The notes below the pieces were generated by a model, which saw only the letters and a program-made list of their open reading frames with translations, made no database searches and was not told the DNA's origin. Shown here piece by piece: positions 12,201 through 21,405 of a DNA stretch of 64,000 nt. How positions within the stretch are numbered: the first letter of the stretch is position 1; each line of letters begins with the position of its first letter. This DNA is from Ruditapes philippinarum. Its lineage: Eukaryota. The position numbers and the translations under genes were made by a program. The DNA lies in the NCBI RefSeq assembly GCF_026571515.1, contig NW_026862005.1:124001-188000 (forward strand), written 5' to 3'.

Positions 12201-15128
12201 ACATGATATTAAATTTGTTTCATGTTAGATAATCTGTTACATGTCAGATATGTTACAATACATATTAGAATTAATATATTACATATTAGATAATATGTTA
12301 CATGTTTGATGTCACATGTTAGATTATCTGTTCCATGTTATAAAGTCTTGAGTGTTACATGTTATAAAATCTGTTTTATGTGTGTTAGATAAACCAATAA
12401 AAATAGTTAATCTGTTACATATAATATGATCTGTTACATGTTAGATCATCTGTGACTTTAAAATAATCTGTACAATAATCTGTTTCAGGTTAGGTAATGT
12501 GTAACATGTTAGATTATCTGGTCCATGTTGGATAATGGTTAACTGTTGTAATTATGTTAGATAATAGTACTTCAAAAAGGGCCAATAATCTTTTTTTTTT
12601 AAATTTGTTAAGAAGATAAACTACTTAAATTGATACTCATTTTCTTTGTTAGAAGAGTTCTTTTGTTTAACAAAAAATGCTATAGATTAATAAAAAAAAA
12701 GTACAACAAAAAAAACATCTTTTATATAATATAAATTGATAGATTACTTATTAGCTATTTTACATTTATATTTGTGTTATATTTCAGATACAAGAGATCT
12801 TGGAAATAGCTTTTTAAGAGATAGGTTAGTACCCTGTTAAATAATTATAACTTTAGCATTAAGTGTAAGCTTTGACTGGCCAAGTGGTTAATGGTGCTAA
12901 CTTGAAATCTCTAGACCCTTCCTGCAACGGGTTTGATCCTAATGTCAGAGGTTTCCCCTGTGAGGACTAAGCAATGCTGCGCACCAAAAGTCTTCCTTCA
13001 TCATAAAAGCTGAAAATTCAGTTGCCATATGTTCATAATAGTGTCATTGTGCTTTTAAACAACTTAATTCTGAATTGAATATAATCAATCTTTTTGGTAA
13101 CAGCAAAGGTCCTCTAAATTATGCAGCTGTCTGGTTTTTGTCAGTTCAAGAAAAAATTACAAATTTTTAGTATTTTTGTGATTGCTCTTCATTTTAAATG
13201 TTAAAATTGTTCAGCAGTAGATGGAAAAGAAATTAAGATGCATGGCCTGTGGCTGAGATTGGTACTTTTTAAAGCTGTCAGTCTGTTCACTAATGTCCCA
13301 GTAATAAAATCAGCACGTTTGAATCTTGCCAAAAATGTTGGATTAGTTTAAAGCAAACATGCTTAGTCCAGGTAGCTTACAGGGGCTCAGTGGTTCTAAA
13401 GGAGTCTAGGTAGCTTACAGGGGCTCAGTGGTTCTAAAGGAGTCTAGGTAGCTTACAGGGGCTCAGTGGTTCTAAAGGAGTCTAGGTAGCTTACAGGGGC
13501 TCAGTGGTTCTAAAGGAGTCCAGGTAGCTTACAGGGGCTCAGTGGTTCTAAAGGAGTCCAGGTAGCTTACAAGGGCTCAGTGGTTCTAAAGAAGTAAAGG
13601 TAGCTTACAGGGGCTCAGTGGTTCTAAAGAAGTCCAGGTAGCTTACAGGGGCTCAGTGGTTCTAAAGAAGTCCAGGTAGCTTACAGGGGCTCAGTGGTTC
13701 TAAAGAAGTCCAGGTAGCTTACAGGGGCTCAGTGGTTCTAAAGGAGTCCAGGTAGCTTACAGGGGCTCAGTGGTTCTAATGGAGTCTAGGTAGCTTACAG
13801 GGGCTCAGTGGTTCTAAAGGAGTCTAGGTAGCTTACAGGGGCTCAGTGGTTCTAAAGGAGTCCAGGTAGCTTACAGGGGCTCAGTGGTTCTAAAGGAGTC
13901 CAGGTAGCTTACAGGGGCTCAGTGGTTCTAAAGGAGTCCAGGTAGCTTACAGGGGCTCAGTGGTTCTAAAGGAGTCCAGGTAGCTTATAGGGGCTCAGTG
14001 GTTCTAAAGGAGTCCAGGTAGCTTACAGGGGCTCAGTGGTTCTAAAGGAGTCCAGGTAGCTTACAGGGGCTCAGTGGTTCTAAAGGAGTCCAGGTAGCTT
14101 ACAGGGGCTCAGTGGTTCTAAAGGAGTCCAGGTAGCTTACAGGGGCTCAGTGGTTCTAAAGGAGTCCAGGTAGCTTACAGGGGCTCAGTGGTTCTAAAGG
14201 AGTCCAGGTAGCTTACAGGGGCTCAGTGGTTCTAAAGGAGTCCAGGTAGCTTACAGGGGCTCAGTGGTTCTAAAGGAGTCTAGGTAGCTTACAGGGGCTC
14301 AGTGTTTTTAAAGGATGTGCCAGTGCTAAATAATGCACAGGTTGGGGTAGGCTAGAAATGAATGCAGTTTTTAATGTTCAAGTCTTTCTAAAGTAATACC
14401 TTCTATACCATTGCGCTGATTTACAATGTATTGGTGTTGATTCTGTAACACTATTATTGTGAATTAAGTTCTTGACTAGAACAAACTTTAAATCTCAGAC
14501 TATGTATCTTTACATCGTCCTTCAGTTTCAAATATTTCAAAAAGTGATTAACAATTAGCAATTACAAATTTTTGAATTTACAGTACTGTTCAAAGAGACA
14601 ACTATAAGAGTGATGTACATGTATTGCTGTATATAGATTAGACGTTTTTTTGTTTTATTATAATATTATAACATTTCTTTTATGGGCCTAATGTGCCGTC
14701 TATTAACGTAGACGTCTGTTTTGAGTACATTTACGTCATTTCCTTTATGTATCAACTGACAAAACATGTATTGATATTTAAAATTGTGTTGGTTTTAATC
14801 TGTTTGTCCTACATGTTGATACCTCAGAATTGTTGTCACAATACTGTAGAATGAGGGCGATAATCACAATACATTGATTTATTGATAATATCGGAACATT
14901 TCTACTAAAAGTCCTAAGTCATGTACCTCTTATTATATTCTATTTTATTTATTTTTTTACAGCCCCTTATACATGAGCTCTGATGATGCGTGTAATGCTC
15001 GAAGGTTGAAGAAATCTGTCACCTTGTACACAACGTTTGATTGGTCGAAAGTGCCGCGGATTGAGGAACGACGCCAAACAGATACTGTGTTTGATTCTCC
15101 AGAAATTATTACTCATGTTTATAGATAA
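143..15128 (+). CDS. LRRC72: Leucine-rich repeat-containing protein 72 orthologue, 5'-partial; join(143..212,1337..1532,4212..4301,4735..4881,7979..8017,12788..12824,14963..15128)
   Basis: All seven exons have AG acceptors, the first six have GT donors, and the phases are compatible. They splice to NLSECVELTRFKYLRSLWLNKNR-LRDISCLDNNFQLAELYLQNNQLTDIAGVLQHLTSLKVLMLHNNQLTKLDKVVKEFNKMQCLKIL-NLFNNPVAQEPDYRLYVIHSVPSVELLDRQ-EVLKSEKE...ETVAFGRR...-DDACNARRLKKSVTLYTTFDWSKVPRIEERRQ...IITHVYR*. SDS22-like LRRs, an LRRcap and the C-terminus are colinear with vertebrate LRRC72 as recalled. Confidence 0.9.
540..1205. repeat. ~30-bp minisatellite (ACACATACTATTCATGGTAAGTTATTGAGA)
   Basis: About 20 copies, most regular at 1000-1150. 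Confidence 0.85.
1337..1532 (+). CDS. LRRC72: LRRC72 internal exon (LRR repeats)
   Basis: tttcAG / GTAAGT boundaries; LAELYLQNNQL and LKVLMLHNNQL repeats. Confidence 0.93.
2084..4054 (+). mobile_element. Non-autonomous Helentron-associated (HINE/pearl-like) element A with ~165-bp internal repeats; interrupted by element B
   Basis: 5' tttttAGCTCGACTA + hairpin + (CCGCGT)n; GACAAGGTTCAT recurs at 2270, 2434, 2599, 2763 (diverged at 2931 and 3855); 3' TAGTCGAGC + GCTGTC..GACAGC hairpin + TCTTGTT. Confidence 0.85.
3026..3796 (+). mobile_element. HINE/pearl-like element B nested in element A (~167-bp repeats x ~4)
   Basis: Has its own GCTCGACTATTC / GAATAGTCGAGC subterminal IRs, (GGCGTC)n and 3' hairpin; the host monomer resumes (aaggtacc..ttcaaacttcaaat) at 3797. 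Confidence 0.85.
4212..4301 (+). CDS. LRRC72: LRRC72 exon, LRRcap (NPVAQEPDYRLYVIHSVPSVELLD)
   Basis: ttacAG / GTGAGT boundaries; canonical LRRcap NP...YR..VI...P....LD. Confidence 0.93.
4735..4881 (+). CDS. LRRC72: LRRC72 exon (EVLKSEKE...VAFGRR...PLTKF)
   Basis: ttgcAG / GTATG boundaries; phase 1-1; in frame with the previous exon. Confidence 0.88.
4957..6394 (+). mobile_element. HINE/pearl-like element C (~165-bp repeats, then a diverged ~178-bp pair)
   Basis: GCTCGACTATTC ... GAATAGTCGAGC, 3' GCTGTCctacaGACAGC; GTAAAGTCAAATATCTC at 5047, 5213, 5378, 5542. Confidence 0.85.
6476..7140 (+). mobile_element. HINE/pearl-like element D, second family (CCGT/CTGT microsatellite, two ~166-bp repeats)
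   Basis: 5' tttttATGCTTCCAC..GTGGGAGCATA hairpin; (CCGT/CTGT)n; TTGTGAACGCAACTCCTCTTAAACC at 6721 and 6887; 3' GGGGGCATA-TGTGTCCtatGGACACA-TTTCTAGT. Confidence 0.75.
7295..7900. repeat. ~31-bp A-rich minisatellite (AATAGCAAAAGCTACAAATATAGTTTATTAC)
   Basis: Recurrent GCAAAAGCT core. Confidence 0.85.
7979..8017 (+). CDS. LRRC72: LRRC72 candidate 39-nt symmetric micro-exon (VLELPCRYIKPDK)
   Basis: tacAG / GTGAGT boundaries, phase 1-1, GC-richer than flanks; no homology support. Confidence 0.6.
8498..8523. repeat. Poly-C run (26 nt), with a poly-T run nearby at ~8421-8441
   Basis: Direct reading. Confidence 0.9.
9560..9725 (-). mobile_element. Degenerate tRNA-derived SINE
   Basis: Minus strand reads GAGTGTCAGCCTCTCAACCCAGGGATCACGGGTTCAAGCC (B-box-like), then a body resembling recalled bivalve SINEs. 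Confidence 0.6.
9901..10897 (+). mobile_element. HINE/pearl-like element E
   Basis: GCTCGACTTTT / AAAAGTCGAGC IRs, (GGCGTC)n, diverged ~165-180-bp repeats, 3' hairpin; near-identical to 15198-16188. Confidence 0.88.
11280..12560. repeat. 19-20-bp minisatellite (TGTTAGGTAATCTGTCATA) with a 95-bp higher-order core
   Basis: Variant CTGCCACATGATAG at 11557, 11652, 11747. Confidence 0.9.
12788..12824 (+). CDS. LRRC72: LRRC72 37-nt micro-exon (TRDLGNSFLRD)
   Basis: atttcAG / GTTAGT boundaries; phase 1-2, supplying the phase shift needed to join the last exon in frame. Confidence 0.8.
12873..13065 (+). mobile_element. Degenerate tRNA-derived SINE
   Basis: A-box TGGCCAAGTGG, B-box-like GGGTTTGATCC, 3' GTCTTCC..AAAAGCTG..GCCATATG..TGTC..TTAAAC tail. 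Confidence 0.55.
13244..14345 (+). mobile_element. Decayed SINE whose body has expanded into the 38-bp minisatellite
   Basis: A-box-like TGGCTGAGATTGG (13250) and B-box-like GTTTGAATC (13317) precede the array; AAATAATGCACAGG follows it. Confidence 0.45.
13366..14315. repeat. 38-bp homogeneous minisatellite x ~25
   Basis: GTCCAGGTAGCTTACAGGGGCTCAGTGGTTCTAAAGGA head-to-tail. Confidence 0.95.
14963..15128 (+). CDS. LRRC72: LRRC72 terminal coding exon
   Basis: Long pyrimidine tract + AG at 14961-14962; SPLYMSSDDACNARRLKKSVTLYTTFDWSKVPRIEERR...VYR, stop TAA at 15126-15128. Confidence 0.9.
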
Positions 15129-15197
15129 CTTGATTATCTTTTTTATTCTCTTTTCATGTTTTTACCATTTGTTTTCATTATGTTATTTTTGTTATAG

Positions 15198-16188
15198 TTT
15201 TTAGCTCGACTTTTCTATGAAAAGGGGAGCTATCCTACTCGCCCCGGCGTCGGCGTCGGCGTTGGCGTCACACCTTGGTTAAGTTTTTCGTACCACCCCA
15301 CTTTATTTCAGAAGTATTACAAGTATGGCTTTGAAACTTACCATACTTGTTCACCATCATAACCTCCATCTACAGACAAGAGTACATAACTCTGTCAAGG
15401 TTTTTGACAGAATTATGGCCCTTTTTTGACTTAGAAAGTGTATTGAGCTTGGTTAAGTTTTTTGTACCACCTCACTTTATTTCAAAACCATTGGAGGTAT
15501 TGCTTTGAAACTGACCATACTTGTTTACCATCACGACCTTCATCAACAGACAAGAGGACATAACTCTGTCAAGGTTTTTGACAGAATTATGCCCCTTTTT
15601 TGACTTAGAAAATACATTGAATATGGGTAAAATCCACTTATTGCCTTAACCCTTTGAGATATTGCTTTGAAACTTTTAATGCTATTTCACATCATTACCC
15701 CATCTGTACGCAAGAGAAGGTAACTCTGTCAAGGATTTGTTTTAAAAATTAAGGCCTTTTATCGACTTAGAATCTTGGTTAAGTTTTTAGTACCAGTCCA
15801 CTTTTTGACTGAACTGTTTGAGATATTAATTTGGAAAGTTGGAATACTTGTTTACCATCATGGTCCCAAAACATGGGCAGGAGAAGGTAATTCTGTTAAG
15901 GATTTTATTTGAATTATGGCCCTTTTTTGACTTAGAAACTCAGTTAAGATTTTCATTCTTGTCCACTTGTTGACTTAACCATTTGAGATATTACTTTGGA
16001 AGTTGGAGTTCTTATGTGCCATCATGAGACCTATCTGTAAGCAAGAGAAGATAACTCTGTGAAAATGTTTCTTGATTTGTACTTAGAAATTCCTAGTTAA
16101 AGTCTTGTGTGCCCTTAACTGTCAAAGTTTTGTTTTATAGGCAAGCACTAAAAAAGTCGAGCGCGCTGTCCTTCTGACAGCTCTTGTT
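15198..16188 (+). mobile_element. HINE/pearl-like element F, ~70 bp after the LRRC72 stop
   Basis: Near-identical full-length copy of element E with unrelated flanks. Confidence 0.88.
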
Positions 16189-16345
16189 TTTTTCCTAACA
16201 TAGTTATGGAAATGTGTATTAACAGGATTATGGAAACAACATGATATGGAATAAACAAGACATTGAAGAAACATGATAATTATCTTCCTGTATGTTAAAC
16301 TATATATTACTTTAATTGTTATCAAGTGTTATATTTTGGATAAAG

Positions 16346-16588
16346 AAATGAGCCGCATCGGAACAAAACCAACATAATGGGTTTGCGACCAGCATGGATC
16401 CAGACCAGCCTGCGCATCCGCGCAGTCTGATCAGGGTCCATGCTGTTTGTTTACAAACTCTATAACAAGTAGAGAAAGTTATAGCGAACAGCATGGATCC
16501 TGATCAGACTGCGCGGATGCGCAGGCTGGTCTGGATCCATGCTGGTTGCAAACCCATTATGTTGGTTTTGTCGTGACGCGGCTCAAAT
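16346..16588. mobile_element. Palindromic MITE (~240 bp, ~100-bp arms)
   Basis: TGAGCCGC...AAAACCAACATAATGGGTTTGCGACCAGCATGGATCCAGACCAGCCTGCGCATCCGCGCAGTCTGATCAGG is mirrored on the right, ending GCGGCTCA. Confidence 0.85.
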
Positions 16589-19500
16589 ATGTTAAAGTTT
16601 TTTTATGATACATTATCTCCAATTCTTTCTCAAACAAGGAAGAAAATATTTGCGAACTAGAAAATGTGAGCATTTTGTTTACATATTTCACTGCCAGTTG
16701 AAAAGTTTGAACACAAATGTGATTCCATGTATTCCATAATTTAATAGGAAACCAAAGTGTGTTGAAATAATTTATGTATAAACAAAATATTAAAAACTTA
16801 CACTATTTTTAATCATTAGGCTTTTTCAGAATTAAGATTATTTAAGAAATTGGAAATATATTTATTGAACACAATATTGGAATAAAAATAATCATTACTT
16901 AAGATACAACTGAATTATAGCCAACCATTGGCAAAAGTATCTATAAACCAAAAAAAAAATGAAGAACAAAAAAATACATGTACATTAAAAATACAAATAA
17001 TTTAGTGTATTATTTGTATGATGTATTTTATTCTGAGTCTGTGTAAATTTGAAATTCAACTTTTACATGTTTTACTTAAAGTGCTAAGTTTGAAAAATAT
17101 ATGGAGAGAGCCAAAAAGCATATTTAAGAAAATCACACCATGTGCCTTAGTTTTATATTACATGTTCCTAATAATGCTGTTACTGTTAGGAAGTAACAAT
17201 AAATGAATTTGTAAAATATTATCTATTATCCTGTAAAAGAAAGGTGTTGTTTTTTTATCATTAAATTTGTTAAATGTTTAAACAATCAGTATTTTTAACC
17301 CCTTACATGCTGACTGAATGAAATAGATTTGTTCTTTTAAAGCTGCATGCCTCTAGATGAACAAAAATATTTTTAAATACTCAAACTTGAGAAAAAATAT
17401 AGTAACATTTTAAAAAAAGTAAAAAGATTCAAGTAATAATTTACATGATATGTGTGATAAATGACTGATTTTGCAGTAGATTGACCATATTTCAATACTG
17501 GTTGACCTAACACAGTAAGGACTATAATATTTTTGCATTATATTTTGACCTCTTTTCAGTAATTAATGTGGATTGTAAGTGCTGTTTGTAATATTAAAAT
17601 TGCTTACTTTCTTCACTTTACATTATTTTACTTTCAAATAAAGGAGTAAGAGAAATTGCTAAACATTTTGATAAATTAAGTTCTGTAAACAGTAAATACC
17701 GTAAACTAGGTTATTCACTTTATTTTTACAAATTAGCAACATTTTTACTCCAATTTTTAAATTGTAATCCAAATATTAGTTATTCACTTAATTTATACAA
17801 ATTAGCAACATTTTACTCATGAAAACAATCTTTGAATTGTCATCCAAAACAAAAACAAATCTAGAGGTATGCTGCTTTAAGGAATTATGGTTATTATAAG
17901 TTTTTTTTTAGAGTTTTTACATGTTGACATGCTCTGCTTTGCTGAAAGGTTTCAAAAAAGCATTTATACTTATTACTATTGTTTCTATCTTTAAGATGTT
18001 AAATCTTAGTTGTTGTTTTTCTTTTAAGTGCAGAATTTATTTAGTGTTTTTGTTATTCTTGTTTACCTCAAACACCCTGTCCTTTCAGTGATATGGATGT
18101 GTTTAACTTTTGTTTTTGGTATTTTAAAGTATTATAATTAAACAAGAATTGTTTTACCTAAATCTCCTGCCTTGAAACTGTATGTATTTGTTGACATATA
18201 TCGTATAATTTAAAGTTGACAGGTTATATGACCTAATATAAATGGTTGTAAACTTATATAACCCAAGCTATTTGTTGGTTGTATAGCAAACAATTGTTTA
18301 TAAAACAGCCATATAACCTATTAGAAGTCTTCATAAAGATTGATATACTGCACAGTTGCTTTCTGTGGTTAAGATAAAAATATTATATGAAATTTTACTT
18401 ACAATGTATTATGAATAATATCAAATGATGATTGTCCAATGAAAATGGACGTTACAAACATGCATGCAGTATTATGATATTTTATATAAAAACCTGATAA
18501 GCGTACAGTATTACCTATATTTTTTGTGATCCTTGCTTTGCATAACCAATCTTTGAGTTATTTAATATTTGAACTGTGATACCCTTACATATATATTGAC
18601 ATTACCAAAAAATAAACTATTGTTTCTTTATGCAAATGTGATTTTTTTACTGTTTTGTACAACTACATTCTCACTTTTAAAAGCTCATAATATACCTAGC
18701 CTTCTCCATTAAAAATACTTTGTTGGGACATTAAGTCCCTGTTTTGTACATGTATATATACATATATAACCAACTTTTGTAGAGACTATATTTAGCGGCC
18801 CATTTATGTGGAGGAGATGAAACATACATGTATATGGTTATTGATAGATCCCTACTCTGACCTTTTATTTAAATAAAACAATAGATTTTACCACAAAAAT
18901 TGACATGTGTTCTTTTGTTAAAAACAGTTCATGGTGAAATTCTTATGATAATGCAATAATTTGAATAAGAAAGGTACATGTATGTGTCATATAGGGATCT
19001 ATCCATTATTAATATTATAATTAAATAATTAATGGAGTTATTGCCCCTTACACTGTTAACATATTCTGGTTAACAAAAATCTGCAAATGTTTGAATTTAA
19101 TAGTAGCATGTGTTATTACGAATTGGTATTGTTCTGTATATTCCTGTGTTTGGTCCGGGATATAAAGAGATATGTCCCAGCTTTGGTATACAAGTTTCAA
19201 TGTTGTACAGAGTTATGGCCCCTGAGTCATTTATTGCAATGATCATCGTCTGCTGCTTACGTATACATGCATGTACACTCGTTCTAATATAGAAGTTTTA
19301 AAACCCCATGCTACAACCACTTACGTGTATTAAACTTTTTAAGAGGTACCTTCAATATAGAGCTACTTATATTTGTACAACATATTCAACTATGCTTATA
19401 TCCTTATAAAGTAAAAAAAATCTTATATTTTTCGACATTTATCTCTTTAATATCATAATTTTGTCCTTTTCAAGACCCGGTTCACCATTCGGAACACTTT

Positions 19501-20493
19501 ACCAATAGTACGTCATCCTGATCCGAAGTTTGACGGAAAGAGCCGAAAAGTTGCAGTTGCTTGTTGCATGGGTTTTGCGTTTTTGTTTAGTTCTACCAGT
19601 GGCAGATATGCAATGGATCAGTAGCACTTTTTCACACACAAAAAAAATATAACGTCAATTTAACTAAATTAGTTATAAAGTGCCACCAGTTTTCATACCA
19701 ATATTGCACATACAGATCAGTTTTATATTATAGTTTATGTTTTACAATTATGTTTATGTCAAGTGTACCGTCATTTTATTAACACGATCGTTCTATAAAT
19801 AAACCACTCATTATATTATCATGACGCGTTAAAATCAATATTGATTTGTAAATTATAACAGAATTTATAGTTTGTTAAATCATGCTACATAATACAGCCT
19901 TTAAATAATTAAATACATGCAGAACAGGTATATTACATATAATAATCATGCGTACATTCTATTTGTGGTACATTATAAAAGTTAAAACTTGAGACAAATT
20001 TTCGTTCTAGGTAAAAGATATGAATACAGAGGTATGATTCGTTATTTTTATTGTAAACATAGACTAACAAATATGAATAGTCGAGGTTGAACATAATTGT
20101 AACAGTAATGTGTACAGTAAACAGTATAATAATAAATAACAAGATGATCAAAGCAGTTGTTAAACATGGTTTCGACGAGAGGATATAACGTAAGAATTTA
20201 AAGCTGTTTTTTTTTCTAATCTATTGAAAACATTCGTATTTAAGACCATTATTATCAGCGAATTTTTGCATAAAACTATCATTAAGGATTTTGATGGATA
20301 ATCCTTTAAGAAGTAAAAATACTGATAATCTAGTGTGTGTGTTCTTAAAGAAGTCTCAAATATGAACCGAGATATCGCCATAAAACTTCAAATAGCATAT
20401 CCCAGTAATAAAATAAACGTAATAAATATAGTCTAATGTTTGATCATTCGAGGCACAACAGTAATTTATTATATATCACAGAAAAGCTTGGTT

Positions 20494-21405
20494 TTATCTT
20501 GCATCAAAAACAGTTAATTTGTCATCCCATTGGCCTACATACAATTTTGAAGCCTGGTTGTTCATACATAAACACTTTGGATCACGTATATCCCCACCAT
20601 CCTGAATAACTGTTCCAAGTTTCTCCTGCCCACAACTGTCAACTTTAATAACGTTGTCAGATTCAAAGTCGCTGACTAAGACATTACCCTCTGAATCCAC
20701 GCAAAGCCCTTGTGCCTTCTTTAGCCCACTGTCCGTCAGTGTGGCAAGAATTGCACCTGAACTGTCAAAAGTTCTCAATCCTGAACGTTCGTCTGTTACA
20801 TATAATTTAGTTCCATTCTCATTTGTGGCAATATGGCAAAAAGCAGACGACGAAGTACTTCCGGTGTACAGCAATTCCTTTTCCCCGCCATTGCTTGCGT
20901 ATTTCATTATAGAAGAGTCATCAATGACGTATAACTTGCCCCCACAGTGTGTGACTCCGTTACATTTATGTGATAACGTCACTGAACGTGTTATTTTCAT
21001 ACTTCCTTTGCTGTTAACAAAATACAACGAGTTTCCGCCACAAACAACAATCTTGTTGTCATTTTTACCTATACAACACACATCCGAAGGTTGCTCAGGA
21101 AGGTCAATATAGGTAACGAGACCTTTCGGACTTACTTTCTTTAGTCTTTTATTCGTGAAATCTGACAGCACCAGGCAACCGTCTGTTGTGATACAGCATC
21201 CGGTGATGTCACATAGTCTATTGTCATTGTCAACTTTAACATTAAATTCCTTACTTTTGTTAAATATCCTCACAGAAGAGCGATTCTCAGTCACGTGATT
21301 GAATCCAGCAGAACTGTTAATGCCATTTTCGGTGTGTTTTATAACATTTAAGCCCGATGAATTTGGTTTAACAACAACCTTTGTTGAAGATACATTGTGT
21401 CCCAT
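20494..21405 (-). CDS. NHL/SMP-30-like six-bladed beta-propeller protein (TRIM-NHL C-terminal-like, bivalve-expanded family), 303 aa
   Basis: Uninterrupted ORF with propeller-blade motifs (CDITGCCITTDGCLVLSD, PSDVCC, CNGV, LYVTD, AQGLCVDSEGNVLVSDFESDNV, DPKCLC). First ATG is at 21405, with an in-frame TAG 11 codons upstream. Confidence 0.85.
   Translation of the reverse strand: MGHNVSSTKVVVKPNSSGLNVIKHTENGINSSAGFNHVTENRSSVRIFNKSKEFNVKVDNDNRLCDITGCCITTDGCLVLSDFTNKRLKKVSPKGLVTYIDLPEQPSDVCCIGKNDNKIVVCGGNSLYFVNSKGSMKITRSVTLSHKCNGVTHCGGKLYVIDDSSIMKYASNGGEKELLYTGSTSSSAFCHIATNENGTKLYVTDERSGLRTFDSSGAILATLTDSGLKKAQGLCVDSEGNVLVSDFESDNVIKVDSCGQEKLGTVIQDGGDIRDPKCLCMNNQASKLYVGQWDDKLTVFDAR

Noticed and set aside
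13366-14315. 38-bp array as a CRISPR locus
   Set aside because: Units are head-to-tail with no unique spacers, there are no cas genes, and it lies in a eukaryotic intron
16312-16494. 60-aa ORF (LIRLRGCAGWSGSMLVANP)
   Set aside because: Lies in the palindromic MITE
20654-21112. 152-aa plus-strand ORF
   Set aside because: Antisense shadow of the NHL gene; non-ATG start; no motifs
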